From: Bacteroidota bacterium
GTDB lineage: Bacteria > Bacteroidota > Bacteroidia > Flavobacteriales > Flavobacteriaceae
Reading direction: 5' to 3'
DNA: 64,000 bases
Assembly: GCA_018335575.1 (NCBI GenBank)
Contig: JAGXRT010000034.1
Location: 8,040 to 72,039 of the forward strand
The notes beneath the pieces are model-generated. The model had not been told where the DNA came from and did no database searches. It saw only the letters and a list, made by a program, of their open reading frames with translations. This document shows, in pieces, positions 8,851 to 19,070 of the stretch (position 1 is the stretch's first letter; each line of letters begins with the position of its first letter). The translations under genes and the position numbers were made by a program.

Positions 8851-8858
8851 TACCTTTG
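8851..8858 (+). promoter_or_regulatory. -7 box (TACCTTTG) for the 115-aa hypothetical gene
   Basis: A TAnnTTTG match lies 17 nt upstream of ATG 8876. Confidence 0.4.
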
Positions 8859-8875
8859 TAAAAAAATCAAAAATA

Positions 8876-9223
8876 ATGATCAAGGTACTCGAAATTGAGG
8901 AAAAATACAATCAGTTAGAGCGCAAACTCAGTGCTCAATTTGCCGATGGTGATACCGTTAAAATTGACGCCATGCTTTATTTAATTGGAGTACAAGAATT
9001 GGGTAAAGGGTTTCTGGAGTTTTCAAAAGATGACAAACTCAATTTAATGCATATCGCCGTTTGTAAAATATTTGAACCGTTTGGTCATTATAAATATTCG
9101 CATATGGATGAAGATGGGTGGCCGCACTATGAACCACTTACCGAACTGCCTGAACTAACTCTTGAACAGCAGGAATTATACATGAAAGAAGCTATTATAA
9201 CTTATTTTAAGAATCGTTTTTAG
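8876..9223 (+). CDS. Conserved hypothetical protein (115 aa, acidic, no recognisable domain)
   Basis: Clean ORF preceded by the -7-like box TACCTTTG at 8851-8858. No motif recognised. Confidence 0.6.
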   Translation: MIKVLEIEEKYNQLERKLSAQFADGDTVKIDAMLYLIGVQELGKGFLEFSKDDKLNLMHIAVCKIFEPFGHYKYSHMDEDGWPHYEPLTELPELTLEQQELYMKEAIITYFKNRF

Positions 9224-9226
9224 GTA

Positions 9227-9586
9227 TTAAAAGATATAATACGCATCTTCAAGATGTTCTATTTCAATATGATTGTTCTGATTGATAATGGCGATGATAT
9301 CAAATCGAACCTGAACATCAATATCTTTTGAAATTACATATTCGTTAACAGCATTAACCAACAACTTAATTTTCTTAGGTTTTACAAAATCCTGCGGATT
9401 GCCAAAAGTCGATGAACTTCGGGTTTTAACTTCAATTACGGCTAAAATGTTCTGTTTTTGAGCAATAATATCAATTTCGGCTTTTTGATAACGCCAATTG
9501 CGCTCAACGATGATATAACCATTCTTTATAAGGAATTCAACTGCCAGTTCTTCGCCGTTTTTACCAAAATCGATGTGTTCTGCCAT
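9227..9586 (-). CDS. yraN: YraN-family (UPF0102) endonuclease-like protein
   Basis: GEELAVEFLIKNGYIIVERNWRYQKAEIDIIA...VIEVKTR is the PD-(D/E)xK-like core typical of YraN. It starts 3 nt after the upstream ldcA-like gene. Confidence 0.85.
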   Translation of the reverse strand: MAEHIDFGKNGEELAVEFLIKNGYIIVERNWRYQKAEIDIIAQKQNILAVIEVKTRSSSTFGNPQDFVKPKKIKLLVNAVNEYVISKDIDVQVRFDIIAIINQNNHIEIEHLEDAYYIF

Positions 9587-9589
9587 TGT

Positions 9590-10486
9590 TTACAAAAAAG
9601 TTATTGAAGTATGCGACTCGGATACATTTAACTCAATGGTTCTTCCCAATATCAAGGCTCGGTTATCATCCATATGACCAAATGGTGCATTAAATACTAC
9701 CGGAAAATCAACATCTTTAACATGGGACAAAATGATTTCTTCGGCTGTTTTTCCATAAGGTACCTCATTGTCGTTCATTTGGGTCATTCCGCCTACGATT
9801 AAACCTTTTAAATTTTCAAAATATCCATTGCGTTTAATGTTTTGCAGCATGCGGTCTATATGATACAAATACTCATCCAAGTCTTCCAATAAAAGAATTT
9901 TACCATTCGTTTGAATTGCCGATTTACTTCCTAACAAACTATATAAAACCGATAAATTTCCACCAACCAGTTGCCCCCGGCTTTCGCCTGCAACTGTATT
10001 ATTACCTGGTTTGAATTTATAGGATAAAGCATTTCCCATTAAACAGTTTTTAAGCGAATCAAGAGCGCTTTTGGTATTGGCTGTGATATTTATAGGCATG
10101 GTGGCATGTAAAGTCTCAATGCCAAAATTATGGATATGTGAGTGAAAAACAGTTATGTCAGAATATCCTATTAACCATTTTGGATTTTTTTTAAAGGCAT
10201 TAAAATCAAGTTGGTCGATGAGTTGTACAGAGCCGTATCCACCCCGTGCGCACCAAATTGCCTTAACATGGGTATCGTCTAAAAATTGCTGAAAATCTTC
10301 AATACGCTCTTTTTCAGTTCCTGCAAATTGATGATGCTCTAAACCAATGGTTTTACCAATTACGGGTATTAAACCCCAAGACTCAAGTAAATCAACAGCA
10401 GGTTTAATTTCAATTAAATTAATTTTTCGAGCTGTTGAAACAATGGCAACCGAATCGCCTGGTTTAAGATATGCCGGTGTTAACAT
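9590..10486 (-). CDS. ldcA: LD-carboxypeptidase (peptidase S66, muramoyltetrapeptide carboxypeptidase-like)
   Basis: LKPGDSVAIVSTA, ARGGYGS, and the nucleophile motif GYSDIT, with a C-terminal FGH segment. Length and layout fit the S66 family. Confidence 0.85.
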   Translation of the reverse strand: MLTPAYLKPGDSVAIVSTARKINLIEIKPAVDLLESWGLIPVIGKTIGLEHHQFAGTEKERIEDFQQFLDDTHVKAIWCARGGYGSVQLIDQLDFNAFKKNPKWLIGYSDITVFHSHIHNFGIETLHATMPINITANTKSALDSLKNCLMGNALSYKFKPGNNTVAGESRGQLVGGNLSVLYSLLGSKSAIQTNGKILLLEDLDEYLYHIDRMLQNIKRNGYFENLKGLIVGGMTQMNDNEVPYGKTAEEIILSHVKDVDFPVVFNAPFGHMDDNRALILGRTIELNVSESHTSITFL

Positions 10487-10551
10487 AGTAATAATTCTAC
10501 TGCAAATTACGAAAACAAGTTTAACTTTTGATATTTCTAAAGTGTAATCCG

Positions 10552-10559
10552 TATTTTTG
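10552..10559 (+). promoter_or_regulatory. -7 box (TATTTTTG) for metG
   Basis: A TAnnTTTG match lies 19 nt upstream of ATG 10579. Confidence 0.45.
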
Positions 10560-10578
10560 TGACGTAATATTCAATTTT

Positions 10579-12639
10579 ATGCAAAATCAAAGACGATTTA
10601 CCATCACGGCTGCCTTGCCGTACACCAACGGACCTGTTCATATTGGTCATTTAGCCGGAGTTTATATTCCTGCTGATATTTATGCACGGTTTATGCGTTT
10701 GAAAGGTGAAGATGTAGCTTATATTTGTGGTTCTGATGAACATGGAGTGCCCATTACAATCAAAGCTAAAAAAGAAGGAATAACTCCTCAGCAATTGGTT
10801 GATAAGTACCATGAAATCATCAAAAAATCGTTTGAAGATTTTGGAATTTCCTTTGATAGTTATTCGCGAACGTCGGCTAAAATACACCACCAAACGGCCT
10901 CAGATTTCTTTAAAAAATTGTACGATGACAAAAAGTTTGTAGAAGAAGTTTCAATGCAATTATACGACGAAAGCGCCAATCAGTTTTTGGCTGATCGTTT
11001 TGTAATAGGAACCTGTCCAAAATGCGGCAATGAAGAAAGTTATGGCGATCAGTGTGAAAAATGTGGCACCTCGCACAATGCAACCGATTTAATTAATCCT
11101 AAATCGGCAATAACAGGAAACAAACCAACACTTAAAGAAACCAAACATTGGTATTTACCGTTAGAAAATTATTCAGACTGGTTAAAAGAGTGGATTGTTG
11201 AAGGACACAAAGACGATTGGAAAGCCAATGTTTTAGGTCAAGTAAAATCCTGGATTGATGACGGGTTACGACCAAGAGCCGTGACACGCGATTTAGACTG
11301 GGGGATTCCGGTTCCGGTCGAAAATTCTGAAGGAAAAGTATTGTATGTGTGGTTTGACGCTCCAATTGGTTATATCTCATCAACCAAAGAATGGGCACAA
11401 AAGGTTGGTAAAAACTGGGAAGATTATTGGAAAAATAAAGAAACCAAATTAATTCATTTTATAGGAAAAGACAATATCGTTTTTCATTGCATTATTTTCC
11501 CGGCTATGTTAAAAGCAGAAGGTTCGTATATTTTACCAGAAAATGTCCCGGCTAATGAATTTTTAAATTTAGAAGGCGATAAAATATCAACCTCCAGAAA
11601 TTGGGCAGTTTGGTTGCATGAATATTTGGAAGAATTTCCTGGGAAACAAGACGTACTGCGTTATACGCTAACTGCAAATGCCCCTGAGACTAAAGATAAT
11701 GATTTTACCTGGAAAGATTTTCAGGCTCGCAATAACAATGAGCTGGTAGCTGTTTTTGGAAACTTTATTAACCGTGTGGCTGTACTTACACATAAATATT
11801 ATAACGGTTTGGTTCCTCAACCAACTCTATTTACTGCTTTAGATCAAGAAGTTTTATCTCAACTAAAAGCTTATCCTGAAACCATTGCTATTTCGTTGGA
11901 GCGATACAGATTTAGAGAAGCCTTGAGTGAGTTTATGAATTTAGCCCGACTTGGAAATAAGTATTTAGCCGATGAGGAGCCTTGGAAACAAATAAAAGAA
12001 AATCCTGAAAGAGTTCAAACTATTATGTTTGTAGCGCTTCAAATAGCTACTGCTTTGGCCATTTTGAGCGAGCCGTTTTTACCTTTTACGGCCTCCAAAT
12101 TGAAACAAATATTAAACTTCAATGATGAAACGTATGGGTGGGATGAGGTAAGTAAGATGAATGTGCTTTTAAGTTCTGGACATCAGATAAATGAGGCACA
12201 ATTACTTTTTGAAAAAATAGAAGATGCGGCCATTCAATTTCAAGTTGATAAATTGGAAAATACCAAAAAAATAAACGATGCTGCTAATTTAGAAGTTACT
12301 CCTCAAAAGGAAACCATTTCTTTTGATGATTTCACCAAATTAGATATTCGGGTAGGAACTATTTTGGCAGCTGAAAAAATGCCAAAGGCCAAAAAATTAT
12401 TGGTGTTAAAAGTAGATATTGGCACTGAAATACGAACCATTGTAAGTGGTATAGCCGAAAGTTTTACTCCAGAACAAATAATAGGACAACGAGTTACCGT
12501 GCTTACCAATCTGGCTCCACGTGAAATTAGAGGCATAGAAAGCAACGGAATGATTTTGATGACCGATGCTAAAGACGGTTCGTTATCTTTTGTTGAGCCC
12601 GATAAAAAAGACGTCATTAACGGAGCTCAAATTTCTTAA
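10579..12639 (+). CDS. metG: Methionine--tRNA ligase
   Basis: HIGH motif (PVHIGHL), zinc knuckles CPKCG/CEKCG, a KMSKS-type loop (DKISTSRN), and a C-terminal tRNA-binding (Trbp111-like) domain. The -7 box TATTTTTG at 10552-10559 lies inside the ORF-track extension, which favours ATG 10579. Confidence 0.95.
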   Translation: MQNQRRFTITAALPYTNGPVHIGHLAGVYIPADIYARFMRLKGEDVAYICGSDEHGVPITIKAKKEGITPQQLVDKYHEIIKKSFEDFGISFDSYSRTSAKIHHQTASDFFKKLYDDKKFVEEVSMQLYDESANQFLADRFVIGTCPKCGNEESYGDQCEKCGTSHNATDLINPKSAITGNKPTLKETKHWYLPLENYSDWLKEWIVEGHKDDWKANVLGQVKSWIDDGLRPRAVTRDLDWGIPVPVENSEGKVLYVWFDAPIGYISSTKEWAQKVGKNWEDYWKNKETKLIHFIGKDNIVFHCIIFPAMLKAEGSYILPENVPANEFLNLEGDKISTSRNWAVWLHEYLEEFPGKQDVLRYTLTANAPETKDNDFTWKDFQARNNNELVAVFGNFINRVAVLTHKYYNGLVPQPTLFTALDQEVLSQLKAYPETIAISLERYRFREALSEFMNLARLGNKYLADEEPWKQIKENPERVQTIMFVALQIATALAILSEPFLPFTASKLKQILNFNDETYGWDEVSKMNVLLSSGHQINEAQLLFEKIEDAAIQFQVDKLENTKKINDAANLEVTPQKETISFDDFTKLDIRVGTILAAEKMPKAKKLLVLKVDIGTEIRTIVSGIAESFTPEQIIGQRVTVLTNLAPREIRGIESNGMILMTDAKDGSLSFVEPDKKDVINGAQIS

Positions 12640-12643
12640 AAGT

Positions 12644-13171
12644 GTGGACGATAATTTAATAATCAGGAAAGCTGAAGTTAAGGACGCTGAGTATATCGCG
12701 CTGTTAGGTCAGATAACTTTTGACGAAACCTTTGGTCATCATTTCCGCGATCGCAATGATTTGATTAATTATTTTAAATCAACCTTTTCTGTTGAAAAGA
12801 TTCGGTCGAGTATTGCAAAAGAAAATAATGTTTTTTGGTTGGCTTTGGTAAACGATTTACCGATTGGCTATGCAAAGCTTAAAAAATTTTCACCTTTAGA
12901 ACAGCTTCTCCCTGCACCTGCGGCTCAACTTCAAAAAATTTATGTACTTAAAGATTATATTGGCAAGCAAGTAGGCCCTGCCTTGCAAAACGCGCTGTTT
13001 GATGAGGTCAAAGCATTAAAAATTAGCAATTTATGGCTTTCTGTTTTAAAAACAAATGAGCGTGCTATTAGGTTTTATCAGAAGAATAATTTTAAATCGG
13101 TAGGAGAACATTTATTTACGGTTGGTAAAGAAACCTTTGATTTTTATATATTTCTGAAAAAATTCGAATAA
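12644..13171 (+). CDS. GNAT-family N-acetyltransferase
   Basis: IIRKAEVKDAEYI..., an acetyl-CoA-binding-type segment (LKDYIGKQVGPAL), and NERAIRFYQKNNF. GTG 12644 lies just after the metG stop. The in-frame ATG at 12566 would overlap metG by 74 nt. Confidence 0.8.
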   Translation: MDDNLIIRKAEVKDAEYIALLGQITFDETFGHHFRDRNDLINYFKSTFSVEKIRSSIAKENNVFWLALVNDLPIGYAKLKKFSPLEQLLPAPAAQLQKIYVLKDYIGKQVGPALQNALFDEVKALKISNLWLSVLKTNERAIRFYQKNNFKSVGEHLFTVGKETFDFYIFLKKFE

Positions 13172-13179
13172 CAGCATAA

Positions 13180-15516
13180 ATGAAACGGCTATTTGCATTT
13201 ATTTTTTTGTTTTTTCCTTTAATTTTTAAGGCTCAGAATATTGCTGTTGATAGCCAAACCTATACGCCTCAACAATTAATTGAAGATATCTTAATAGCAA
13301 ACAGTTGTATTTCTAATGTAGTAGTGACTAATGTGGTTGGTGGAAATTTTACCAATGATAAAAGTTATGGCTTTTTCGACGCTACCGGAACCACATTTCC
13401 AATACAAAAAGGAATTGTTCTAAGTACAGGAAAACTTTCTAATGTAAAAGGCCCCAATACGTTTATAAGTAGTGATAATGCTCCTGGATGGATTGGTGAT
13501 ACTGATTTGGAAGCTGCTTTAAATGAGTCGAATACACACAATGCTACCATCATAGAGTTTGATTTTGTATCCAAAACCAATCAAATTAGTTTTAGGTATC
13601 TTTTTGCATCCGAAGAATACCAGCAAAATAATGCCAACACCTGTAAATATTCAGATTTATTTGGCTTTTTAATTAGACCTGCAAATCAACAACAGTATAC
13701 TAATATTGCACTAATACCCAATACGCAAATACCCGTAAAGGTTACAACTGTTCATCCATTAATTCCAAATGGCTGTGCAGCTATAAATGAAGAATATTTT
13801 GGCAGTTTTAACGGTACCGTTTCGCCTATAAATTTTAACGGACAAACTAAAGTTTTAACCGCTACGGCAACGGTGAATCCGAATGAAGTCTATCATGTAA
13901 AACTGGTAATTGCCGATGAAACAAATGCATTGTACGATTCGGCAGTCTTCTTAGAAGCCGGAAGTTTTCAAATGAATGTCGATTTAGGAAAAGATCGTTT
14001 ATTGGCCTCCAATAACCCACTCTGTGAAAATGAATCCTATACCCTGAATGCCTTTATTGAAGGGCCAAATAATACCTATAAATGGTTTAAAAACGGTGTT
14101 GAAATTGAAAATGAAACAAACGCTAATTACACGATTTCAGCTGCCGGAACATATACAGTAGAAGTTGATTTAGGCAATAATTGCATGGCTTTTGGAGGTA
14201 TCACAATAGAATACACTCTTAAACCTGGGGTAAATAACTCCACTTTAACTGCTTGTGATGAAAACCAGGATGGGAAGGCAGTGTTTAATCTTAAGGATGC
14301 TGCTCAAACGATGTTAAACAATGATTCAAATTTAAGAATCACCAATTTTTTCTACTCGCTTAATGACGCAATTTTAAATGCTAATTCCATTGTAAACCCC
14401 TCAGCTTTTGAAAATTCTACTCCTTCTCAAACTGTTTATGCAAGGGTTGAAAATCAATACGCATGTTTTGCCGTGGCAGTAATTAATTTAGAATTTAAGC
14501 CACTAACAACTATTAATATTCAACCTTTTGAAGTTTGCGATAATTTGCCTATAGACGGATTTTCAGACTTTAATTTAAATGATTTAAGAAGCCTTATTAA
14601 AACGCAACTAACTTCTAATACGAGCGTTAAATTCTATAAAAAATTCGATGATGCGAGCAATTCAACCAATGAAATTGATGGAAATTATACCAATTCAAAA
14701 AGCAATAACGAGGTAATTTATACCAAAATTACAGATGGTAATTTATGTATTCCCATAACGCCTATTTCGTTAAAGGTGTTGCATGCTCCAAAATTAGATG
14801 TAAATGAAGAGCTGTATTATTGCCTCAATACCTTTCCAAATACTTTAGCAATTAATAGTGGTTTATTAAATGTCTTGCCCAAAGAAACCTATACCTATCA
14901 ATGGCTAAAAGACGGTGTTGATTTAAATATGAATTCATCTACAATAAATATTAATGAATTAGGAACCTATAAAGTAACTGTAAGCAGTGCTAATAACTGT
15001 AGCAATAGCAGAGAAATAGTGGTAAAACCATCGAACAGTGCAACAATAATCGAAATTGTTGTTAAAGATTTAACCGAAAATAATTCTATTACGGTTATTG
15101 TTACAGGAGAAGGAGATTATGAATACGGGTTAGACAATCAGAATGGAAATTTTCAGGAATCAAACGAGTTTTTTAATGTTGAAAATGGTTATCACACGGT
15201 TTTTATAAAAGATAAGAACGGATGTAATACAGTTCAACAACAAGTTTCTGTGGTTGGATTTATCAATTATTTTACCCCCAATAACGATGGTTACAACGAT
15301 TATTGGAAACCATTTACAAAAAATTATCCATACAATTCTAAATTGGAAATCTATATATATGACCGTTTTGGCAAACTTTTAATAAAATTAAATCCGATGG
15401 GATTGGGTTGGGATGGCACCATAAAAGGCACCCAACTTCCCAGTGGCAATTATTGGTTTAAAGCCATTCAGGAAGATGGCAAAGTGTACAAAGGTCATTT
15501 TTCATTAAAAAGATAG
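13180..15516 (+). CDS. T9SS type-B sorting-domain surface protein with N-terminal choice-of-anchor-L-like domain
   Basis: Signal peptide. The N-terminal region resembles choice-of-anchor L (FASEEYQQN, DSAVFLEAGSF). The C-terminus FTPNNDGYNDYWKP...YIYDRFGKLL...GWDG...LPSGNYWF is the gliding-motility/T9SS type-B C-terminal domain. Confidence 0.85.
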   Translation: MKRLFAFIFLFFPLIFKAQNIAVDSQTYTPQQLIEDILIANSCISNVVVTNVVGGNFTNDKSYGFFDATGTTFPIQKGIVLSTGKLSNVKGPNTFISSDNAPGWIGDTDLEAALNESNTHNATIIEFDFVSKTNQISFRYLFASEEYQQNNANTCKYSDLFGFLIRPANQQQYTNIALIPNTQIPVKVTTVHPLIPNGCAAINEEYFGSFNGTVSPINFNGQTKVLTATATVNPNEVYHVKLVIADETNALYDSAVFLEAGSFQMNVDLGKDRLLASNNPLCENESYTLNAFIEGPNNTYKWFKNGVEIENETNANYTISAAGTYTVEVDLGNNCMAFGGITIEYTLKPGVNNSTLTACDENQDGKAVFNLKDAAQTMLNNDSNLRITNFFYSLNDAILNANSIVNPSAFENSTPSQTVYARVENQYACFAVAVINLEFKPLTTINIQPFEVCDNLPIDGFSDFNLNDLRSLIKTQLTSNTSVKFYKKFDDASNSTNEIDGNYTNSKSNNEVIYTKITDGNLCIPITPISLKVLHAPKLDVNEELYYCLNTFPNTLAINSGLLNVLPKETYTYQWLKDGVDLNMNSSTININELGTYKVTVSSANNCSNSREIVVKPSNSATIIEIVVKDLTENNSITVIVTGEGDYEYGLDNQNGNFQESNEFFNVENGYHTVFIKDKNGCNTVQQQVSVVGFINYFTPNNDGYNDYWKPFTKNYPYNSKLEIYIYDRFGKLLIKLNPMGLGWDGTIKGTQLPSGNYWFKAIQEDGKVYKGHFSLKR

Positions 15517-15567
15517 TTATCATTAACAATTATAGAAATCGAAAATAATAATAAGTCAGATTAATTC

Positions 15568-17691
15568 ATGCAGCTCTATCAATTTATACTAAACCAAACT
15601 AGTTTACCAGAAATAAGCATAAAAAACACTTTAAAATTATTGGATGAAGACTGTACAATTCCATTTATTTCGAGATACCGAAAAGAATTAACAGGAGGAT
15701 TGGACGAATTGCAAATAGCCGAAATACAAAAGCTCAAAAAATCGTTTGAAGAATTAGAATCCCGAAAAGCGACCATTTTAAAATCGTTGGAAGAACAAAA
15801 TGTGCTTACTGATGAGCTGAAATCCAATGTTTTAGAATGTATTAATCTTACTAATTTAGAAGACATTTACCTTCCGTATAAAAAGAAGCGAAAAACAAAA
15901 TCCGATACAGCAAGAGAACACGGTTTAGAACCCTTGGCTAAAATTATTATGGCCCAGCGAGCTGAGAATATTGATTTTATCGCTTCTCAATACCTCAATG
16001 AAAATGTGCTCAACGAAGATGATGCGCTCGAAGGAGCAAGGCATATAATAGCCGAATGGATGAACGAATCGATTCATACACGAAACCGTTTAAGAATTAT
16101 GTTTAGTAGAAAGGCTGTAATATCGAGTCAACTAATAAAAGGAAAATCAGTAGATGAGCAAGCGCAAAAATATAAAGACTATTTCAATTGGTCAGAGCCC
16201 TTGTCGCGCTGTCCTTCGCACCGCCTATTGGCTATATTGCGCGCCGAACATGAAAAAATTATCAAACTGGACGTTTCTATCGATACCGACGAAGCCTTAA
16301 ATATCATAAAATCGATTTTTATTAAAGGAAAAAGTGAAACTTCCAGACATGTTGAGTTGGCTGCAATTGATGCTTATAAACGGCTCCTGGCACCGGCATT
16401 ATCAAACGAAGCATTGGTTAATGCCAAAGAAAAAGCCGATGAAACCGCCATCAAAGTTTTTGCAGAAAATCTTCGTCAGTTGCTGTTAAGCGCTCCATTG
16501 GGAGAAAAATCAATTTTAGCAATCGATCCGGGATTTAAATCGGGATGTAAAGTAGTTTGTTTAAATAAACAAGGCGATTTATTGCACAACGAAACCATTT
16601 ATCCGCATCCGCCGCAAAATGAAACAGCAATGGCTATGAAAAAAATAAGCTCATTGGTAAATGCCTATAAAATTGAGGCTATAGCCATTGGAAATGGAAC
16701 AGCCAGCAGAGAAACCGAGCATTTTATAAAACGTATTCGTTTTACTAGCGATATACAGGTTTTTGTTGTAAGTGAAGCTGGAGCATCAGTCTATTCAGCC
16801 TCCAAAATAGCGCGTGATGAATTTCCAAATTACGATGTTACGGTTCGCGGAGCAGTTTCAATCGGAAGGAGGCTTTCCGATCCCTTGGCAGAACTGGTTA
16901 AAATTGAACCTAAATCAATTGGAGTTGGGCAATATCAACACGATGTTAATCAAATAAAACTACGCGATGAATTGGATTTAGTATTGATGAGTTGTGTTAA
17001 TACCGTGGGCGTAAATATCAATACGGCCAGCAAATCTTTGTTGAGTGCAGTTTCGGGAATTGGCGAAAAGCTAGCCGAAAATATTATTGAATACCGAACC
17101 GAAAATGGGGCCTTTAAATCGCGGATGGATATAAAAAAGGTAAAGCGTTTAGGCGATAAAGCTTTTGAGCAGGGTGCAGGTTTTCTGCGGATTAAAGACG
17201 GTGAAAACCCTTTGGATAATTCGGCGGTTCATCCTGAAAGTTATGCAGTGGTGTTAAAAATGGCTAAAAAATTAAATGTAAAAGTTAATGAGTTGATTGG
17301 AAATAAAGAACTCTTAAAATCGATTGACCTACAATTGTATTGTACCGATAAAGTTGGTTTGCCAACCTTGCAAGACATTATTAAAGAGTTAGAAAAACCA
17401 GGGTTAGACCCACGCAAAAAAGCTAAAGTATTTGAGTTTGATCCTACCATTAAAACCATTTCCGATTTAAAATCGGGTCAAATTTTACCCGGAATAATCA
17501 ACAATATTACTAATTTTGGGTGCTTTGTTGATATTGGCATCAAAGAAAGCGGTTTGGTACATATTTCTAATGTAAGCAATCAGTTTGTAAGCGACATTAA
17601 CCAAGTGGTAAAACTACACCAACATGTACAAGTAAAGGTATTGGATGTTGATATGGCTCGAAAACGCATCCAACTTAGCATGAATTTCTAA
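15568..17691 (+). CDS. tex: Tex-family RNA-binding transcription accessory protein
   Basis: N-terminal FISRYRKE motif, YqgF-like core (LAIDPGFKSGCK), a helix-hairpin-helix region, and a C-terminal S1 domain (GIINNITNFGCFVDIG...GLVHIS). Confidence 0.92.
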   Translation: MQLYQFILNQTSLPEISIKNTLKLLDEDCTIPFISRYRKELTGGLDELQIAEIQKLKKSFEELESRKATILKSLEEQNVLTDELKSNVLECINLTNLEDIYLPYKKKRKTKSDTAREHGLEPLAKIIMAQRAENIDFIASQYLNENVLNEDDALEGARHIIAEWMNESIHTRNRLRIMFSRKAVISSQLIKGKSVDEQAQKYKDYFNWSEPLSRCPSHRLLAILRAEHEKIIKLDVSIDTDEALNIIKSIFIKGKSETSRHVELAAIDAYKRLLAPALSNEALVNAKEKADETAIKVFAENLRQLLLSAPLGEKSILAIDPGFKSGCKVVCLNKQGDLLHNETIYPHPPQNETAMAMKKISSLVNAYKIEAIAIGNGTASRETEHFIKRIRFTSDIQVFVVSEAGASVYSASKIARDEFPNYDVTVRGAVSIGRRLSDPLAELVKIEPKSIGVGQYQHDVNQIKLRDELDLVLMSCVNTVGVNINTASKSLLSAVSGIGEKLAENIIEYRTENGAFKSRMDIKKVKRLGDKAFEQGAGFLRIKDGENPLDNSAVHPESYAVVLKMAKKLNVKVNELIGNKELLKSIDLQLYCTDKVGLPTLQDIIKELEKPGLDPRKKAKVFEFDPTIKTISDLKSGQILPGIINNITNFGCFVDIGIKESGLVHISNVSNQFVSDINQVVKLHQHVQVKVLDVDMARKRIQLSMNF

Positions 17692-17692
17692 T

Positions 17693-17721
17693 AAAAAAAG
17701 ACGCTTTTTAGCGTCTTTTTT
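17693..17721. terminator. Bidirectional rho-independent terminator shared by tex and ssb
   Basis: AAAAAGACGC (17695-17704) pairs with GCGTCTTTTT (17711-17720) around a 6-nt loop. A-tracts and T-tracts flank both sides. Confidence 0.8.
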
Positions 17722-17736
17722 ATTTCTAGGAATTGG

Positions 17737-18075
17737 TTATTGTTTTGAACCCAACATCAGCATTTCCTGCACCACAATTTCTGTAACATAGCGTTTTACG
17801 CCTTCTTTATCTTCGTATGAACGCGATGACAACTTTCCTTCGATTACAATTTCTTTTCCTTTTTTCAGGTATTTCTCGGCAATTTCGGCAGTTTTGTTCC
17901 ACGCAACTACATTATGCCATTGCGTATCTTCTACTTTTTCGCCTTTTTCGTTTTTATAACTTTCGTTGGTAGCAATCGAAAATTTGGCAATTTTTTTACC
18001 CGATTCTAAGTTGATAATTTCAGGATCATTTCCTAAGTGACCAATTAACTGTACTTTGTTTCTTAAATTACTCAT
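17737..18075 (-). CDS. ssb: Single-stranded DNA-binding protein (short form)
   Basis: The OB-fold N-terminus NKVQLIGHLGNDPE and WHNVVAW are typical of SSB. At 112 aa it lacks a long acidic tail. Confidence 0.85.
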   Translation of the reverse strand: MSNLRNKVQLIGHLGNDPEIINLESGKKIAKFSIATNESYKNEKGEKVEDTQWHNVVAWNKTAEIAEKYLKKGKEIVIEGKLSSRSYEDKEGVKRYVTEIVVQEMLMLGSKQ

Positions 18076-18243
18076 AACATTTTATTTTTAGTTGAACATT
18101 AATTTGATTGAACACCACAAAGAAATAGCAGCGGCCTCAAACAATTCGGTTATTAAGTGCTTACATCCGTTTGTAGTCGTTTGTAAACGGATAGAATGTT
18201 GAAAAATAGTCAGTTAAAAAATATTTTAAATGAAAAAATAGTT

Positions 18244-18251
18244 TATTTTTG
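18244..18251 (+). promoter_or_regulatory. -7 box (TATTTTTG) for the Zn-ribbon gene
   Basis: A TAnnTTTG match lies 16 nt upstream of ATG 18268. Confidence 0.4.
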
Positions 18252-18267
18252 AGAAAATTATTTAGCT

Positions 18268-18624
18268 ATGAGTCAAGAAAAAAATACGTGTTTAGATTGT
18301 GGAGAACCTATAAGAGGCCGAATTGATAAAAAGTTTTGCTCGGATTACTGCCGAAATTCGTATCATAATAAATCAAATAAAGACACCACTAACTTAATTA
18401 GGAATACCAACAATTGTTTGCGTAAAAATCACCGCATTTTATCAGAACTTAATAAAACGGGAAAAACCAAGGTGAGTAGAAGTAAACTACTGCAACTTGG
18501 TTTTGATTTTAATTATTTTACATCGATGTACGTAACCAAAACAGAAAATGTTTACTTCTACTGTTATGATCAGGGGTACTTAGAATTGGAAAATGATTTT
18601 TATTTGTTAATCAAAAAAGATTAG
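18268..18624 (+). CDS. Zn-ribbon protein (DUF2116-like CxxC...CSxxC N-terminus), function unknown
   Basis: CLDCGEPIRGRIDKKFCSDYCRNSYHN gives four Cys in a zinc-ribbon layout. The -7 box TATTTTTG lies at 18244-18251. Confidence 0.65.
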   Translation: MSQEKNTCLDCGEPIRGRIDKKFCSDYCRNSYHNKSNKDTTNLIRNTNNCLRKNHRILSELNKTGKTKVSRSKLLQLGFDFNYFTSMYVTKTENVYFYCYDQGYLELENDFYLLIKKD

Positions 18625-19070
18625 TGTTTAACTTTTAAAACGGCTTCCAATATATCTTTTTGACTTATTTGACCCACTAATTTTCCATGACGCATAACAG
18701 GGAAACGGCGTATTTTATTATTTAGGAAATAATCGGCAGCTTCAAAAATGGTAACAAAAGCATCCATGGTTTTAACTTCTTTTACCATATAGTCTTTTAC
18801 TTTAATATCACTCATTGGCATATTAAAATACTTGCTTTGTGAGATTTGTTTTAAACAATCTCCCTCAGAAATGATACCCACTAATTCATCCTGATCGTCA
18901 ATAACCGGTCCTCCGGAAATTTTATTTTTAACTAAAATTTCCATCGCTTCAACAACAGATTGGTCTGGTTTAAAACTTACCAGTTTTTTTGCCATATAAT
19001 CTTTTACCATAATAGGAGCTCCCTTATCGGTTTGCTCTGCACGTTGTCCTTGAAAACTTTTGACTGCCAT
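18621..19070 (-). CDS. CBS-domain pair protein
   Basis: Two CBS repeats (VVEAMEILVKNKISGGPVIDD... and IFEAADYFLNNKIRRFPVM...GQISQKDIL). Confidence 0.85.
   Translation of the reverse strand: MAVKSFQGQRAEQTDKGAPIMVKDYMAKKLVSFKPDQSVVEAMEILVKNKISGGPVIDDQDELVGIISEGDCLKQISQSKYFNMPMSDIKVKDYMVKEVKTMDAFVTIFEAADYFLNNKIRRFPVMRHGKLVGQISQKDILEAVLKVKH

Noticed and set aside
10528-10578. N-terminal extension of metG in the ORF track, and similar extensions for rnhA (27655), batD (2556), the flavodoxin-like gene (33212), the 4-TM gene (54320) and the IPExxxVDY gene (24610)
   Set aside because: The extensions begin at TTG, GTG or upstream ATG codons, add non-conserved residues, overlap the upstream gene or contain the gene's own -7 box. 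Internal ATGs give canonical N-termini or signal peptides.
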